A stretch of 64,000 bases of DNA, from positions 5,425 through 69,424 of the forward strand of contig JAFYSE010000035.1 in assembly GCA_017546665.1 (NCBI GenBank). Direction: 5' to 3'. Within the stretch, counting starts at the first letter, position 1. The number at the start of each line of letters is the position of its first letter. Shown one piece after another: positions 47,178 to 55,668 of the stretch. Below the pieces are notes generated by a model, which made no database searches, had not been told where the DNA came from, and saw nothing but the letters and a program-made list of their open reading frames with translations. The translations under genes were made by a program, and so were the position numbers. The stretch comes from Clostridia bacterium. GTDB lineage: Bacteria > Bacillota > Clostridia > Oscillospirales > Acutalibacteraceae.

Positions 47178-49310
47178 ATGGATAACTTTTGTGGAAAACG
47201 TCTTGATGGACGATATGAGATAAGAGAAATTATTGGTGTAGGCGGTATGGCAGTTGTTTATAAAGCCTATGACAATATTGATGATAGAATTGTAGCAATT
47301 AAAATTTTAAAAGAAGAATATCTTTCTAACGAAGAATTTAAGCGTAGATTTAAGAATGAATCAAAGGCAATTGCTGTTCTTTCACATCCTAACATTGTTC
47401 GTGTTTATAATGTTAGCTTTGGAGATAGACTTCAATATATTGTTATGGAATATGTTGATGGTATTACATTAAAGGAATATATTGAACAGCAGGGTATAAT
47501 TAATTGGAAAGAAGCAGTACATTTTGTTGGTCAAATATTAGCGGCATTACAACATGCCCATGATAAAGGCATTGTTCATCAGGATATAAAGCCACAGAAT
47601 ATTATGCTTTTACAAGATGGAACAATAAAAGTAACTGATTTTGGAATTGCTCGTTTTAGCCGTTCAGATGTTAATACCATTTCAGATAAGGCTATTGGTT
47701 CTGTTCATTACATTAGCCCTGAACAAGCACGTGGTGAAATGACTGATGAAAAAGCAGATATATATTCTGTTGGTGTTGTTTTGTATGAGATGCTTACAGG
47801 ACAGCTACCATTCCAGTCAGATAGTGCTGTTTCAGTTGCACTTATGCAAGTTCAACAGGAGCCTGTAAGACCTAGTCAGATAACTCCTTCAATTCCATTA
47901 GGTATTGAACAGATAACAATTAGAGCGATGCAAAAATCTCGTCAAAGCAGGTATCGTTCAGCAGCCGAAATGCTTCTTGATATTAACGAGTTCAAACGTA
48001 ATCCGTCTATTAAATTCAATTATTCGTATTTTGTAGATAGTGAACCAACTAAATACATTCGTTCTACATCTGATTCAGTTGTTAAAGAGTCAAAATATAA
48101 TAATAGGGACAATCAACAGGAAGAAAGTTCAGGAATGAGTAAGTCATCAGCCATTATGGTTGGTGCTATTGCGGGTATAATTGTTTTAGCTGCAATTATT
48201 TGTGTAATACTTTTTGGTGTTAATTCAAAAAATAAAGTTGAAGTTCCAAATTTCAACGGGATGAATTATTACACGGATATAGAAAATAATAGTCAATATG
48301 AGAACTTTGAATTTGTTACTGAATTTGCTGAAGATGGTAATCGTGAAAACGGAACTGTTATAGAACAAGTTCCGGGAGAAGATAAAAAAGTAAAAGTAGG
48401 TTCAAAGATTACATTAACTATTGTTAATAATGAAGAATTAAAGCTTATTGATAAATCTATTATTGGAATGTCTAAGGCTGATGCTGATGAATATCTTATT
48501 TCGAATAAATTAAAGCCACAGTATATAAATGAATATTCAGAAACTGTCAAGCCTGGTAATGTTATTAAAACTGTTCCCGAAGCAGGTACATCAGTCAAAC
48601 CCGGTACAACTGTAAAAGTTTATATTGCTACAAATGTTAAGGAAGAAGTTGAAGTTCCAAAAGTTATTGGTTGTGGAAAAGATGAAGCAGAACAACTTTT
48701 GATTGGCTCAGGCTTAACATTAGGTACAGTTACAGAAGTAAATAGTGATTTGGATGTAGGTGTTATTGTAACCCAGTCAGTTCAGGAAGGCGAAAAAGTA
48801 CCAGCCGGTTCTGCTATTGATATTGAAATTAGTAATGGTATTCCATCTAATTCTTCGGCAGAAATTGTTGTTAAACTTCCTGCTATAAATAAACCCGGTA
48901 TTTTAAAAGTATATATTAATAATGAACTTTCATACACATCAGGTGAGTTGTATCTTGGTGGTTCTACACAGATTATTACTGTAACAGGCAGTGGTTCAAA
49001 TAATGAATATACAGTTACAATAGACGACGCACCTGTTCAAAAAGGTAAGATAGATTTCACAAAATTACCAGCTGTTGTAAGCGAAGTTGAAGAAATTGTT
49101 GTTCTTATTAATGTTGTTGGTCTAGATAAGGATTTAGCAATAGCTAAATTAAATGCTGCAGGATTTAAAAATATTGAATGTATTAACTCACCAAGTAATA
49201 CATATCCTGCAGGAACTGTTATTGCACAGATACCTGTTTCTGATGGTTCATCAAGATTTTCTGTCAATGAATCAATAACATTAACTGTAAGTACAGGACC
49301 GAGTGTGTAA
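47178..49310 (+). CDS. prkC: Ser/Thr protein kinase with extracellular PASTA repeats (PrkC)
   Basis: The kinase domain has GVGGMAVVYKA, HQDIKPQN, DFGIA and SPEQ. A single TM around residue 330 is followed by repeated PASTA-like modules (VPNF..., VPKVIG...). Confidence 0.93.
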   Translation: MDNFCGKRLDGRYEIREIIGVGGMAVVYKAYDNIDDRIVAIKILKEEYLSNEEFKRRFKNESKAIAVLSHPNIVRVYNVSFGDRLQYIVMEYVDGITLKEYIEQQGIINWKEAVHFVGQILAALQHAHDKGIVHQDIKPQNIMLLQDGTIKVTDFGIARFSRSDVNTISDKAIGSVHYISPEQARGEMTDEKADIYSVGVVLYEMLTGQLPFQSDSAVSVALMQVQQEPVRPSQITPSIPLGIEQITIRAMQKSRQSRYRSAAEMLLDINEFKRNPSIKFNYSYFVDSEPTKYIRSTSDSVVKESKYNNRDNQQEESSGMSKSSAIMVGAIAGIIVLAAIICVILFGVNSKNKVEVPNFNGMNYYTDIENNSQYENFEFVTEFAEDGNRENGTVIEQVPGEDKKVKVGSKITLTIVNNEELKLIDKSIIGMSKADADEYLISNKLKPQYINEYSETVKPGNVIKTVPEAGTSVKPGTTVKVYIATNVKEEVEVPKVIGCGKDEAEQLLIGSGLTLGTVTEVNSDLDVGVIVTQSVQEGEKVPAGSAIDIEISNGIPSNSSAEIVVKLPAINKPGILKVYINNELSYTSGELYLGGSTQIITVTGSGSNNEYTVTIDDAPVQKGKIDFTKLPAVVSEVEEIVVLINVVGLDKDLAIAKLNAAGFKNIECINSPSNTYPAGTVIAQIPVSDGSSRFSVNESITLTVSTGPSV

Positions 49311-49314
49311 GTTT

Positions 49315-50187
49315 ATGAACTTAAAAGGAATTATTACAAAGGGTATTGGCGGCTTCTATTATGTTGAAGTCGCCAATGCGATATATGAATGTAAGGCAAG
49401 GGGAAAATTTAGAAAGAACAAGATTTCGCCCCTTGTTGGTGATGTTGTGGAAATTTCAGTTAATGAAAATGCTGAAAATACAATCGACACAATTTTGGAG
49501 AGAAAGAATTTTCTAATAAGACCTCCTGTATCAAATATTGATAATCTTTTGATTGTGGTATCAACTGTTGAACCTAAACCCAATTTTTATGTAATTGATA
49601 AATTAATTGCCATAGCAGAGCATAAAAATATTGAACCTTATATTATCATTTCTAAAACAGATTTATCATCATACACGGAAATCATAAACAATTATAAAGA
49701 CACAAATATTAACCTTATTATTCTTGATAGTGATATGTCGTATGAAAAGATAAAAGAAATAATGAAAGACAAAATAAGCGCATTTACAGGCAATTCTGGG
49801 GTAGGTAAAACAACATTACTGAATAAACTTGATAACAGTCTTAATCTTTCAACAGGAGCAATCAGCGATAAGCTTGGGCGTGGTCGTCATACTACAAGAC
49901 AAGCACAGTTATTCCGTGTTTGTGGTGGCTATGTAATTGACACTCCAGGTTTTTCATCACTAGATTTTGAAAAAGTTGAAATAATTAAAAAAGACGAATT
50001 ACCTTATTGCTTCCGTGAATTTAGAGAATATTTAGGGACTTGCAAGTTTACTTCATGTTCTCATGTAAATGATAAAGGATGTTCAATTTGTCAGGCTGTT
50101 AAAGACGGGAAAATTAGCCAATCAAGGCACAATAGTTATATTCAAATGTATAATCAGGCAAAGGAAATAAAAGAATGGGAAATTTAA
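49315..50187 (+). CDS. rsgA: Ribosome small-subunit-dependent GTPase A
   Basis: An OB-fold N-terminus, a circularly permuted GTPase (SKTD...GNSGVGKTTL) and a C-terminal Cys cluster CKF.SCSH...C. Confidence 0.92.
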   Translation: MNLKGIITKGIGGFYYVEVANAIYECKARGKFRKNKISPLVGDVVEISVNENAENTIDTILERKNFLIRPPVSNIDNLLIVVSTVEPKPNFYVIDKLIAIAEHKNIEPYIIISKTDLSSYTEIINNYKDTNINLIILDSDMSYEKIKEIMKDKISAFTGNSGVGKTTLLNKLDNSLNLSTGAISDKLGRGRHTTRQAQLFRVCGGYVIDTPGFSSLDFEKVEIIKKDELPYCFREFREYLGTCKFTSCSHVNDKGCSICQAVKDGKISQSRHNSYIQMYNQAKEIKEWEI

Positions 50188-50807
50188 AAACAAGATGTGT
50201 AATAATTGGTGGCGGCGATTGTACAGCTGACCTTGTATTTTCCAATATTTCTTCTGATGATTATATTATTTGTGCAGATAGCGGTTATGATATTGCAATT
50301 AAGGCACAGATTGAACCAGACCTTATAATTGGCGATTTTGACTCTGTAAAGTCTTTTGTGCAAAAGACGGAAAAGATTACCTTGCCGGTAGAAAAAGACG
50401 TTACAGACTGCGAGGCGGCCTATAATGAAGGTGTAAAACGAGGTTTCAATAATTATCTGCTATTAGGTGGTACAGGTGGACGCTTTGAACACACTTTTGC
50501 AAACATTTCAGTTATGGCAAGAGCATCAATAGAAGGAAACAAGTTTATAATGGTCGATGAAAAGCATACATTTTATTCAATAACTAATTCAAGCCTTAAT
50601 CTCCCATTTTCACCAAACAAACAAATTTCTGTTTTTGCTTTTGGTGATAAAGCATTGGGTGTTACAGAAAAAGGTTTTCACTATAAAATTGAAGACTATA
50701 CACTAAATCCATTTATCCCAATGGGAATTAGTAATGACATAGTTGATGATTATGGTGAAATCACAGTTAAAAAAGGAACATTAATCGTTATAGAAACTCA
50801 GATGTAA
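50175..50807 (+). CDS. thiN: Thiamine pyrophosphokinase
   Basis: ADSGYD...IGDFDS and GGTGGRFEHT motifs, in the conserved position after rsgA. Confidence 0.88.
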   Translation: MGNLKTRCVIIGGGDCTADLVFSNISSDDYIICADSGYDIAIKAQIEPDLIIGDFDSVKSFVQKTEKITLPVEKDVTDCEAAYNEGVKRGFNNYLLLGGTGGRFEHTFANISVMARASIEGNKFIMVDEKHTFYSITNSSLNLPFSPNKQISVFAFGDKALGVTEKGFHYKIEDYTLNPFIPMGISNDIVDDYGEITVKKGTLIVIETQM

Positions 50808-50815
50808 CAAAAAAC

Positions 50816-50864
50816 TTCCCCCAACGTATAATGTAGTAAAAATACATATACAGGGGGGATTTTT
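50816..50864 (+). terminator. Compound hairpin and T-run after thiN
   Basis: The outer stem pairs ttccccc with gggggga. The inner stem pairs gtataatgta with tacatatac. A ttttt run follows. The 3' arm contains the only SD-like sequence for the next small ORF. Confidence 0.5.
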
Positions 50865-51011
50865 ATGGGAAGAAGAAAAGGCAATAGGGGAATAATTTTT
50901 GTAACATTAGGTCTTGGACTACTAATATCTTTGATTCTTCCCCAAAAAGTCATCATCATATTACTGGCAGTTGCTCTTGTAATTTGTGGATTATCCCTCT
51001 GTAAAAGTTAG
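50865..51011 (+). CDS. Unlisted 48-aa small membrane protein (hypothetical)
   Basis: It translates to MGRRKGNRGIIFVTLGLGLLISLILPQKVIIILLAVALVICGLSLCKS, a basic N-terminus plus two hydrophobic helices. GGGGGG lies 6 nt before the ATG. It is below the 60-aa cutoff of the supplied ORF track. Confidence 0.45.
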   Translation: MGRRKGNRGIIFVTLGLGLLISLILPQKVIIILLAVALVICGLSLCKS

Positions 51012-51024
51012 GGGAGGCATCTTT

Positions 51025-51105
51025 TTGAAAGTTGTTGTAATTAAAAATCCTAAAATTATTGGTAGTTTGTTAAGATTAATGTTTGGCATAAAAAAAGAAG
51101 GTTGA
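51025..51105 (+). CDS. spoVM: Stage V sporulation protein M (26-aa amphipathic peptide)
   Basis: TTG start 7 nt after GGGGAGG. The product (M)KVVVIKNPKIIGSLLRLMFGIKKEG has the same length and pattern as B. subtilis SpoVM, which I recall as MKFYTIKLPKFLGGIVRAMLGSFRKD. It holds the same genomic position after thiN. Confidence 0.8.
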   Translation: MKVVVIKNPKIIGSLLRLMFGIKKEG

Positions 51106-51109
51106 ACCT

Positions 51110-51135
51110 AATCCCGATTTTTTCGGGATTTTTTA
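51110..51135 (+). terminator. Intrinsic terminator after spoVM
   Basis: aatcccga-ttttt-tcgggatt followed by ttttat. Confidence 0.8.
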
Positions 51136-51157
51136 TTTGTCATATTATTAACATATC

Positions 51158-51186
51158 TTGCCAATTTTGTCATTTTAATGTATAAT
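51158..51186 (+). promoter_or_regulatory. Sigma-A-type promoter upstream of the ECF sigma gene
   Basis: TTGCCA-17 nt-TATAAT, about 20 nt upstream of the AAGGAG RBS. Confidence 0.55.
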
Positions 51187-51213
51187 CTGTAAAAATATAA
51201 AAGGAGTGTAAAT

Positions 51214-51762
51214 ATGCTTTCATTATGCTTAATTGCTCTTCAAAACCCTGAAGATGAATCACGTTTTGAAAAGTTTTATAACATGTATTATGATACTATC
51301 TACTATTTTGCAAAGGAGCACTTAAAAACAAAAGAGGCAGCCGAAGACTGTGCTCAAGAAGTTTTAATACACTTTGCAAAGAATTTTCATAAAATAACTC
51401 AGGATATTGAGAGTAAACAATTTAGAAATTACGTTATTGTTGTGTCAAAAGGCATAGCGGTTGATATGTATCGTAAGGAAAGAAGACATCTCAATAATGT
51501 AGTTGATGCTGATTTAACAGAATTTTTCAATGTATGTGAAGAGGAAGAATTTGATTCTTGCGACATGATGCTTTTAACGGATGCTATTAATGCCTTACCT
51601 GAAAAGAATAAGCTGGTTTTTTATCTTAAATACATATACGGTATGAGTGCCATCGAAATTAGTAATTCAATCAATATGACTGAACCAATGGTTAGAAAAA
51701 GATGTATGCAGAGTATGCAATTTGTAAAGAAATATGTAAAGGGGGCAGAGTCTGATGAGTAA
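51214..51762 (+). CDS. RNA polymerase sigma-70 factor, ECF-like
   Basis: 182 aa. Region 2 includes FEKFYNMYYDTIYYFA...AEDCAQEV. Region 4 has the helix-turn-helix MSAIEISNSINMTEPMVRKR. Confidence 0.85.
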   Translation: MLSLCLIALQNPEDESRFEKFYNMYYDTIYYFAKEHLKTKEAAEDCAQEVLIHFAKNFHKITQDIESKQFRNYVIVVSKGIAVDMYRKERRHLNNVVDADLTEFFNVCEEEEFDSCDMMLLTDAINALPEKNKLVFYLKYIYGMSAIEISNSINMTEPMVRKRCMQSMQFVKKYVKGAESDE

Positions 51763-52384
51763 ATTAGCAGAAGCATGTGCATTATCATTTGAAGAATGGA
51801 TTTCTACTTTTCCAGAAACAATGCCAAAGGCTGAATGTAGTCCACAACACGAAAAATGGAAGAAAAAACTGTTTGATAAAATGCGTAATGACCGTTATCA
51901 CAGATTTACATCAAAAACAATCAAATTAATGCTTATTGCAGCAATTTTATGTGCTTTGTTAATGTCAGCCTTCGTCTTCCCATCATCCCGCGAGTCAATA
52001 GTGAATAGCTTTGATGACTTCAGCATTTTCAAAATTACTAAAGATAATAATAATTACGTTAATAATGAGATTATAGTTGGCTATTTACCTGAAAATTTTG
52101 AATTAGAAAGTAGTTGTTTTGTAGGAAAGAATCTGCTTAATAGATATGAAAATGATAAAGGCGATTATTTTACTATTGTAAAAAGTTCATCATCGATTAA
52201 TATTGAATATAATTCTGAGAACACAGAAACAACTGAAATTGTAGTTAATGGAACAAAATATGTATATTGCAAAGGTGACGCAAAAGTTTATAATTTAATT
52301 TGGATTAAATATGATTATGTTTACAGAATTGAAGCACGTTTTAACTTAGATGAATTATTGAAAATTGCACAAAGTGTGGAGTAA
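51755..52384 (+). CDS. Putative anti-sigma factor (single TM, DUF4367-like extracytoplasmic domain)
   Basis: It overlaps the sigma gene stop by 8 nt. It has a short cytoplasmic N-terminus, the TM LMLIAAILCALLMSAFVF, and a C-terminal domain with a YLPE.FEL motif as in DUF4367. Confidence 0.65.
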   Translation: MSKLAEACALSFEEWISTFPETMPKAECSPQHEKWKKKLFDKMRNDRYHRFTSKTIKLMLIAAILCALLMSAFVFPSSRESIVNSFDDFSIFKITKDNNNYVNNEIIVGYLPENFELESSCFVGKNLLNRYENDKGDYFTIVKSSSSINIEYNSENTETTEIVVNGTKYVYCKGDAKVYNLIWIKYDYVYRIEARFNLDELLKIAQSVE

Positions 52385-52435
52385 CAACATGTCCCTTTAA
52401 TACGATATTTTCATATTAAAAGGGGGTGAAAAAAT

Positions 52436-52840
52436 ATGTCACATATTCTTAAAAAAAGTTTATGTATTGTTTTAATTATTACAATGCTGTTTTCTGTTTT
52501 AGCAATTAATTGCTCTGCTGAAACTGTGGACGATGAATATGGCGTTATGCCTTGTTGGTCTATTATAAACACTGTTTCAACATCGTTTACAATCAGTGGA
52601 ATTAATTCAACATCAACAGTTGTTCTTACATCACAATATATAACAGACCTTTATATCACTATTGAATTTCAAAAAGAGGAGTCAACTGGATATAAAACAC
52701 TTGAAACTTGGACAAAGTATGCTTTTGGTACATATGTAGTGCTTGAAGAAACTAGACTTATTAACATTTTTGCTGATTACAGAATTAAAGTAACATGCGT
52801 TGCAGGTAATGAACAACATATTACATATGATTATCCGTAA
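52436..52840 (+). CDS. Small secreted hypothetical protein (134 aa)
   Basis: The signal peptide is KKSLCIVLIITMLFSVLAINCSA. The mature part is beta-rich and I recognise no family. RBS is AAAGGGGG. Confidence 0.55.
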   Translation: MSHILKKSLCIVLIITMLFSVLAINCSAETVDDEYGVMPCWSIINTVSTSFTISGINSTSTVVLTSQYITDLYITIEFQKEESTGYKTLETWTKYAFGTYVVLEETRLINIFADYRIKVTCVAGNEQHITYDYP

Positions 52841-52849
52841 ACAAAATTA

Positions 52850-52892
52850 AAAAACAACCTTTGCAAAATTAATTTGCAAAGGTTGTTTTTTG
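52850..52892. terminator. Bidirectional intrinsic terminator
   Basis: aaaaaacaacctttgcaaa-attaa-tttgcaaaggttgtttttt, between convergent genes. Confidence 0.85.
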
Positions 52893-52903
52893 TATGTAAT
52901 TTA

Positions 52904-55537
52904 TTATCGTTTTAATTCAATAGTTTTTGTTTCACCAGCATTAAATGAAACATTTTGTTTTTCACCATTATACACGCTGATTTCAATTGTTTGTGCTTTG
53001 TCACTTGTAACAGTAATTAAAACAGTATCATTATTCCACATCATACTAACTTCGGCATTTGATCTTGCTCTTAAGCCTTTAATACTACCCGTGTTCCATT
53101 CATCAGGGAGAGCAGGTAATGCCTCAATAACACCTGTATTTGAATAAAGCAACATTTCGTCAATAATACCGATAGTACCTATAGTAGTGTCAGTACAGAA
53201 TACACCCCATCCACCATGAGTATAGTGGTCTGCCATTAATGATGTATAGTAAATATTATCTGCCATAAGTGCCATAAGTGAATTGTAGCATGAATCTGCA
53301 TTTTTAAGTCTTGCAGCTACAAGGGCCTTATGTACCCAACCGTGGGATGCTGTATCGTCTTCACCTTGGTTTTCTCTGTTTCTATTTTCAATAGCCTGAT
53401 TACAAGCATCTACAAGAGCCTGATTGCCTTGTGTTTCAAAAGCAGGCCATGCGGGGTAAAGGTGACTGATATGACGATGTTTGTTGTTTTCTTCATATTC
53501 TTTCATTGCCCATTCGCAAAGTGCACCTGATTCATCATATTTGTAATCAGGAAGAAGGCTCATAAGATTTTCCCATTTCGCAATTCTTGCTTCATATCCG
53601 TTGGATTTGACAACTTTTTCCATTTCAATTGTCATTCTAAGGCCGTCTTTTGCTGCTGCAATATCCATTGTTGAGTTGGCTGTTATTGTTGATGTGTAAT
53701 CACCTAATGGATAATTTTCAGGTGAATAAGAGGGGATAATAAGATATTTTTCACCATCAAGGAGTTCTGTTTTTCCTTCTTCGTATCGTGCATTACCATT
53801 AACATCTGTAAAGTATTCAGGTGTGCAAAGCTGTTCCCAAAAATTTGACTGCATTGTAAGTAACGGAAGAAGAATATCTTTTTCAAGGTCAAGCATTTCC
53901 CCGTTGTATTCTATTGTTCTGTTGCCATAGCATTGCCAGAATTCATAGATAGGAAGAAGCATCCACGATGCACCTGCATTCCAATATTGGAACGGATACC
54001 AACGACTGTATTCAACCATCATTGCTCTGTCACCATCGGTATTTACAGGTACTTGAATAGCATCCGTCATACCATAGGTCTTTGCAGCATTTTCTTCCCA
54101 GTCAGGAATTTGTTTAAGCACAAATTTAATATAACTTTCACCGGCATCATAAATATTTCCCGTGTTCATTCCGGCTGATTGAAGATTAACATTAGCGTCC
54201 ATTGTATAAATGCCACGCCATCCCGAATTCCATTCTCCTGTCCACATTCCACAAAGACGTGGGAATGATGTACCTGCACAACAAATCTGTGCATATCTTC
54301 CTTGGTTATATGCTCGTTCAACTAATGTTGGAAGAAGAGTTTCGCTGTTTTGTTGAAGCTGAATTAAGTATTCATTTGCAACTTCTTCATTTCCGTCAGT
54401 TCCTAGGTCAAATTCAACCGCATTGAAAAGTGCAGAGTGTTTTTCAGCGTGAGGTGCAAGAGCATCTTCATAACTGAATTCACCATTAACTGTATATTTT
54501 TCTGCGACAGATGTTGTATAAGCATTAAGTTCATCTAAAAGAGCGTATGTTTCTGCATCTTTAAAATCTTCAAATTTGCCCATGTCGTATGTGCGGTCAG
54601 ATTTTGTGATGAGATAAACTGCAGATGCACCTTTAATTTCAATGGCTGCATTTTGTTCTTTCGCAACATTTTCGCTATCATTTGTGCTGTCAAGAACAAC
54701 TCGTTCTTTTGAGCCACCAACAACTATTACCTTTGTGAAACCACAGTAGCCACCATTTTTTAATTCGCTGTTTTCATAATTTGGATAATGAGCAATTTGA
54801 GCAATATAAGTAGCATCGTCATCAACTAACTTCTTATAATGCATATCTTTTTCGCCACCATTACCAAAACCACGAAGTGACCAACAATCTTCAATGGAAA
54901 GTGTCATATTGATTTTTGAACCAATATTTGATTTAGTGATTTTTGTAATTGTAACATTATCTTCTCGTGATGAGAATGTAACCCTTTCCCATGTACCACG
55001 TATGTCAGTGTATTTAACTCCAACCTCAGCAGTTTCATAGTCTGTCCAACGAATATAATTGTTGTAAAGATGTTTGTTCATAGTTAATCTCAAAACATGA
55101 GCAGGGTGGTATGCATAAAAATATGTAGATTGTCTTCCATTAACGTCCCAACTATCATCACCATTAATTACGGATTGTCTTGCGTCGTGTAATTCTCCTG
55201 TAACTTCGTCAGGAGTGTAACGAGGGTCGTTTGATGGCATAAGAAAATTAATATTGTTGTAAATAAGACTATCAGTATATGGTGAACCTGAAGTTACAAC
55301 ACCATTTTCACCATTACCACTCACCATACCGTCAAACCAACTGATTGTATCTTCATGCTCTCTTGGATAAGAAACTAATTCAGTATATTCAGTTGCAAAA
55401 GCTTTTGTGTGGTCATTTTTAATCATATCAATATCACCAGCCCTTATGTAGTTAAGTGTACTTGTAAAGAAATTGCCACCTGTAAGAATACACATAACAA
55501 TGCTGACAAATACTTTTAGTCTGTTTATAATTGTCAT
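52904..55537 (-). CDS. GH95-like glycoside hydrolase (secreted or anchored)
   Basis: 877 aa with an N-terminal anchor. WFDGMVSGNGENG...NNINF resembles the GH95 N-terminal domain motif. PRLCGMWTGEWNSGWRGIYTMDANVNLQ resembles the GH95 LQGIWN...NINLQMNYW region. The family assignment is from memory of these motifs. Confidence 0.6.
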   Translation of the reverse strand: MTIINRLKVFVSIVMCILTGGNFFTSTLNYIRAGDIDMIKNDHTKAFATEYTELVSYPREHEDTISWFDGMVSGNGENGVVTSGSPYTDSLIYNNINFLMPSNDPRYTPDEVTGELHDARQSVINGDDSWDVNGRQSTYFYAYHPAHVLRLTMNKHLYNNYIRWTDYETAEVGVKYTDIRGTWERVTFSSREDNVTITKITKSNIGSKINMTLSIEDCWSLRGFGNGGEKDMHYKKLVDDDATYIAQIAHYPNYENSELKNGGYCGFTKVIVVGGSKERVVLDSTNDSENVAKEQNAAIEIKGASAVYLITKSDRTYDMGKFEDFKDAETYALLDELNAYTTSVAEKYTVNGEFSYEDALAPHAEKHSALFNAVEFDLGTDGNEEVANEYLIQLQQNSETLLPTLVERAYNQGRYAQICCAGTSFPRLCGMWTGEWNSGWRGIYTMDANVNLQSAGMNTGNIYDAGESYIKFVLKQIPDWEENAAKTYGMTDAIQVPVNTDGDRAMMVEYSRWYPFQYWNAGASWMLLPIYEFWQCYGNRTIEYNGEMLDLEKDILLPLLTMQSNFWEQLCTPEYFTDVNGNARYEEGKTELLDGEKYLIIPSYSPENYPLGDYTSTITANSTMDIAAAKDGLRMTIEMEKVVKSNGYEARIAKWENLMSLLPDYKYDESGALCEWAMKEYEENNKHRHISHLYPAWPAFETQGNQALVDACNQAIENRNRENQGEDDTASHGWVHKALVAARLKNADSCYNSLMALMADNIYYTSLMADHYTHGGWGVFCTDTTIGTIGIIDEMLLYSNTGVIEALPALPDEWNTGSIKGLRARSNAEVSMMWNNDTVLITVTSDKAQTIEISVYNGEKQNVSFNAGETKTIELKR

Positions 55538-55668
55538 TTCCCGTCAACCTTTCTTTTTTGTATAGTCTTATAATATCACAGAAATAATTTTATGTCACTA
55601 AAAAATATAATGTATTCCATTTATTTATATTATTTGATATAATAAATCAAAAATTGGAGGGGACAAAT

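Noticed and set aside
50816-50864. Similarity between the thiN terminator (ttcccccaacgtataatgtag...gggggga) and the ileS-operon terminator at 5378-5405 (tccccctatgtaatgtaggggga), as a possible dispersed repeat family.
   Set aside because: There are only two copies. The shared part is short (a C-run, gtaatgtag and a G-run) and is what C/G-clamped terminators look like in AT-rich genomes. This is insufficient to call a repeat family without a genome-wide search.
52890-53147. 85-aa + strand ORF.
   Set aside because: It overlaps the 3' end of the well-supported minus-strand GH95-like gene and starts inside the bidirectional terminator.
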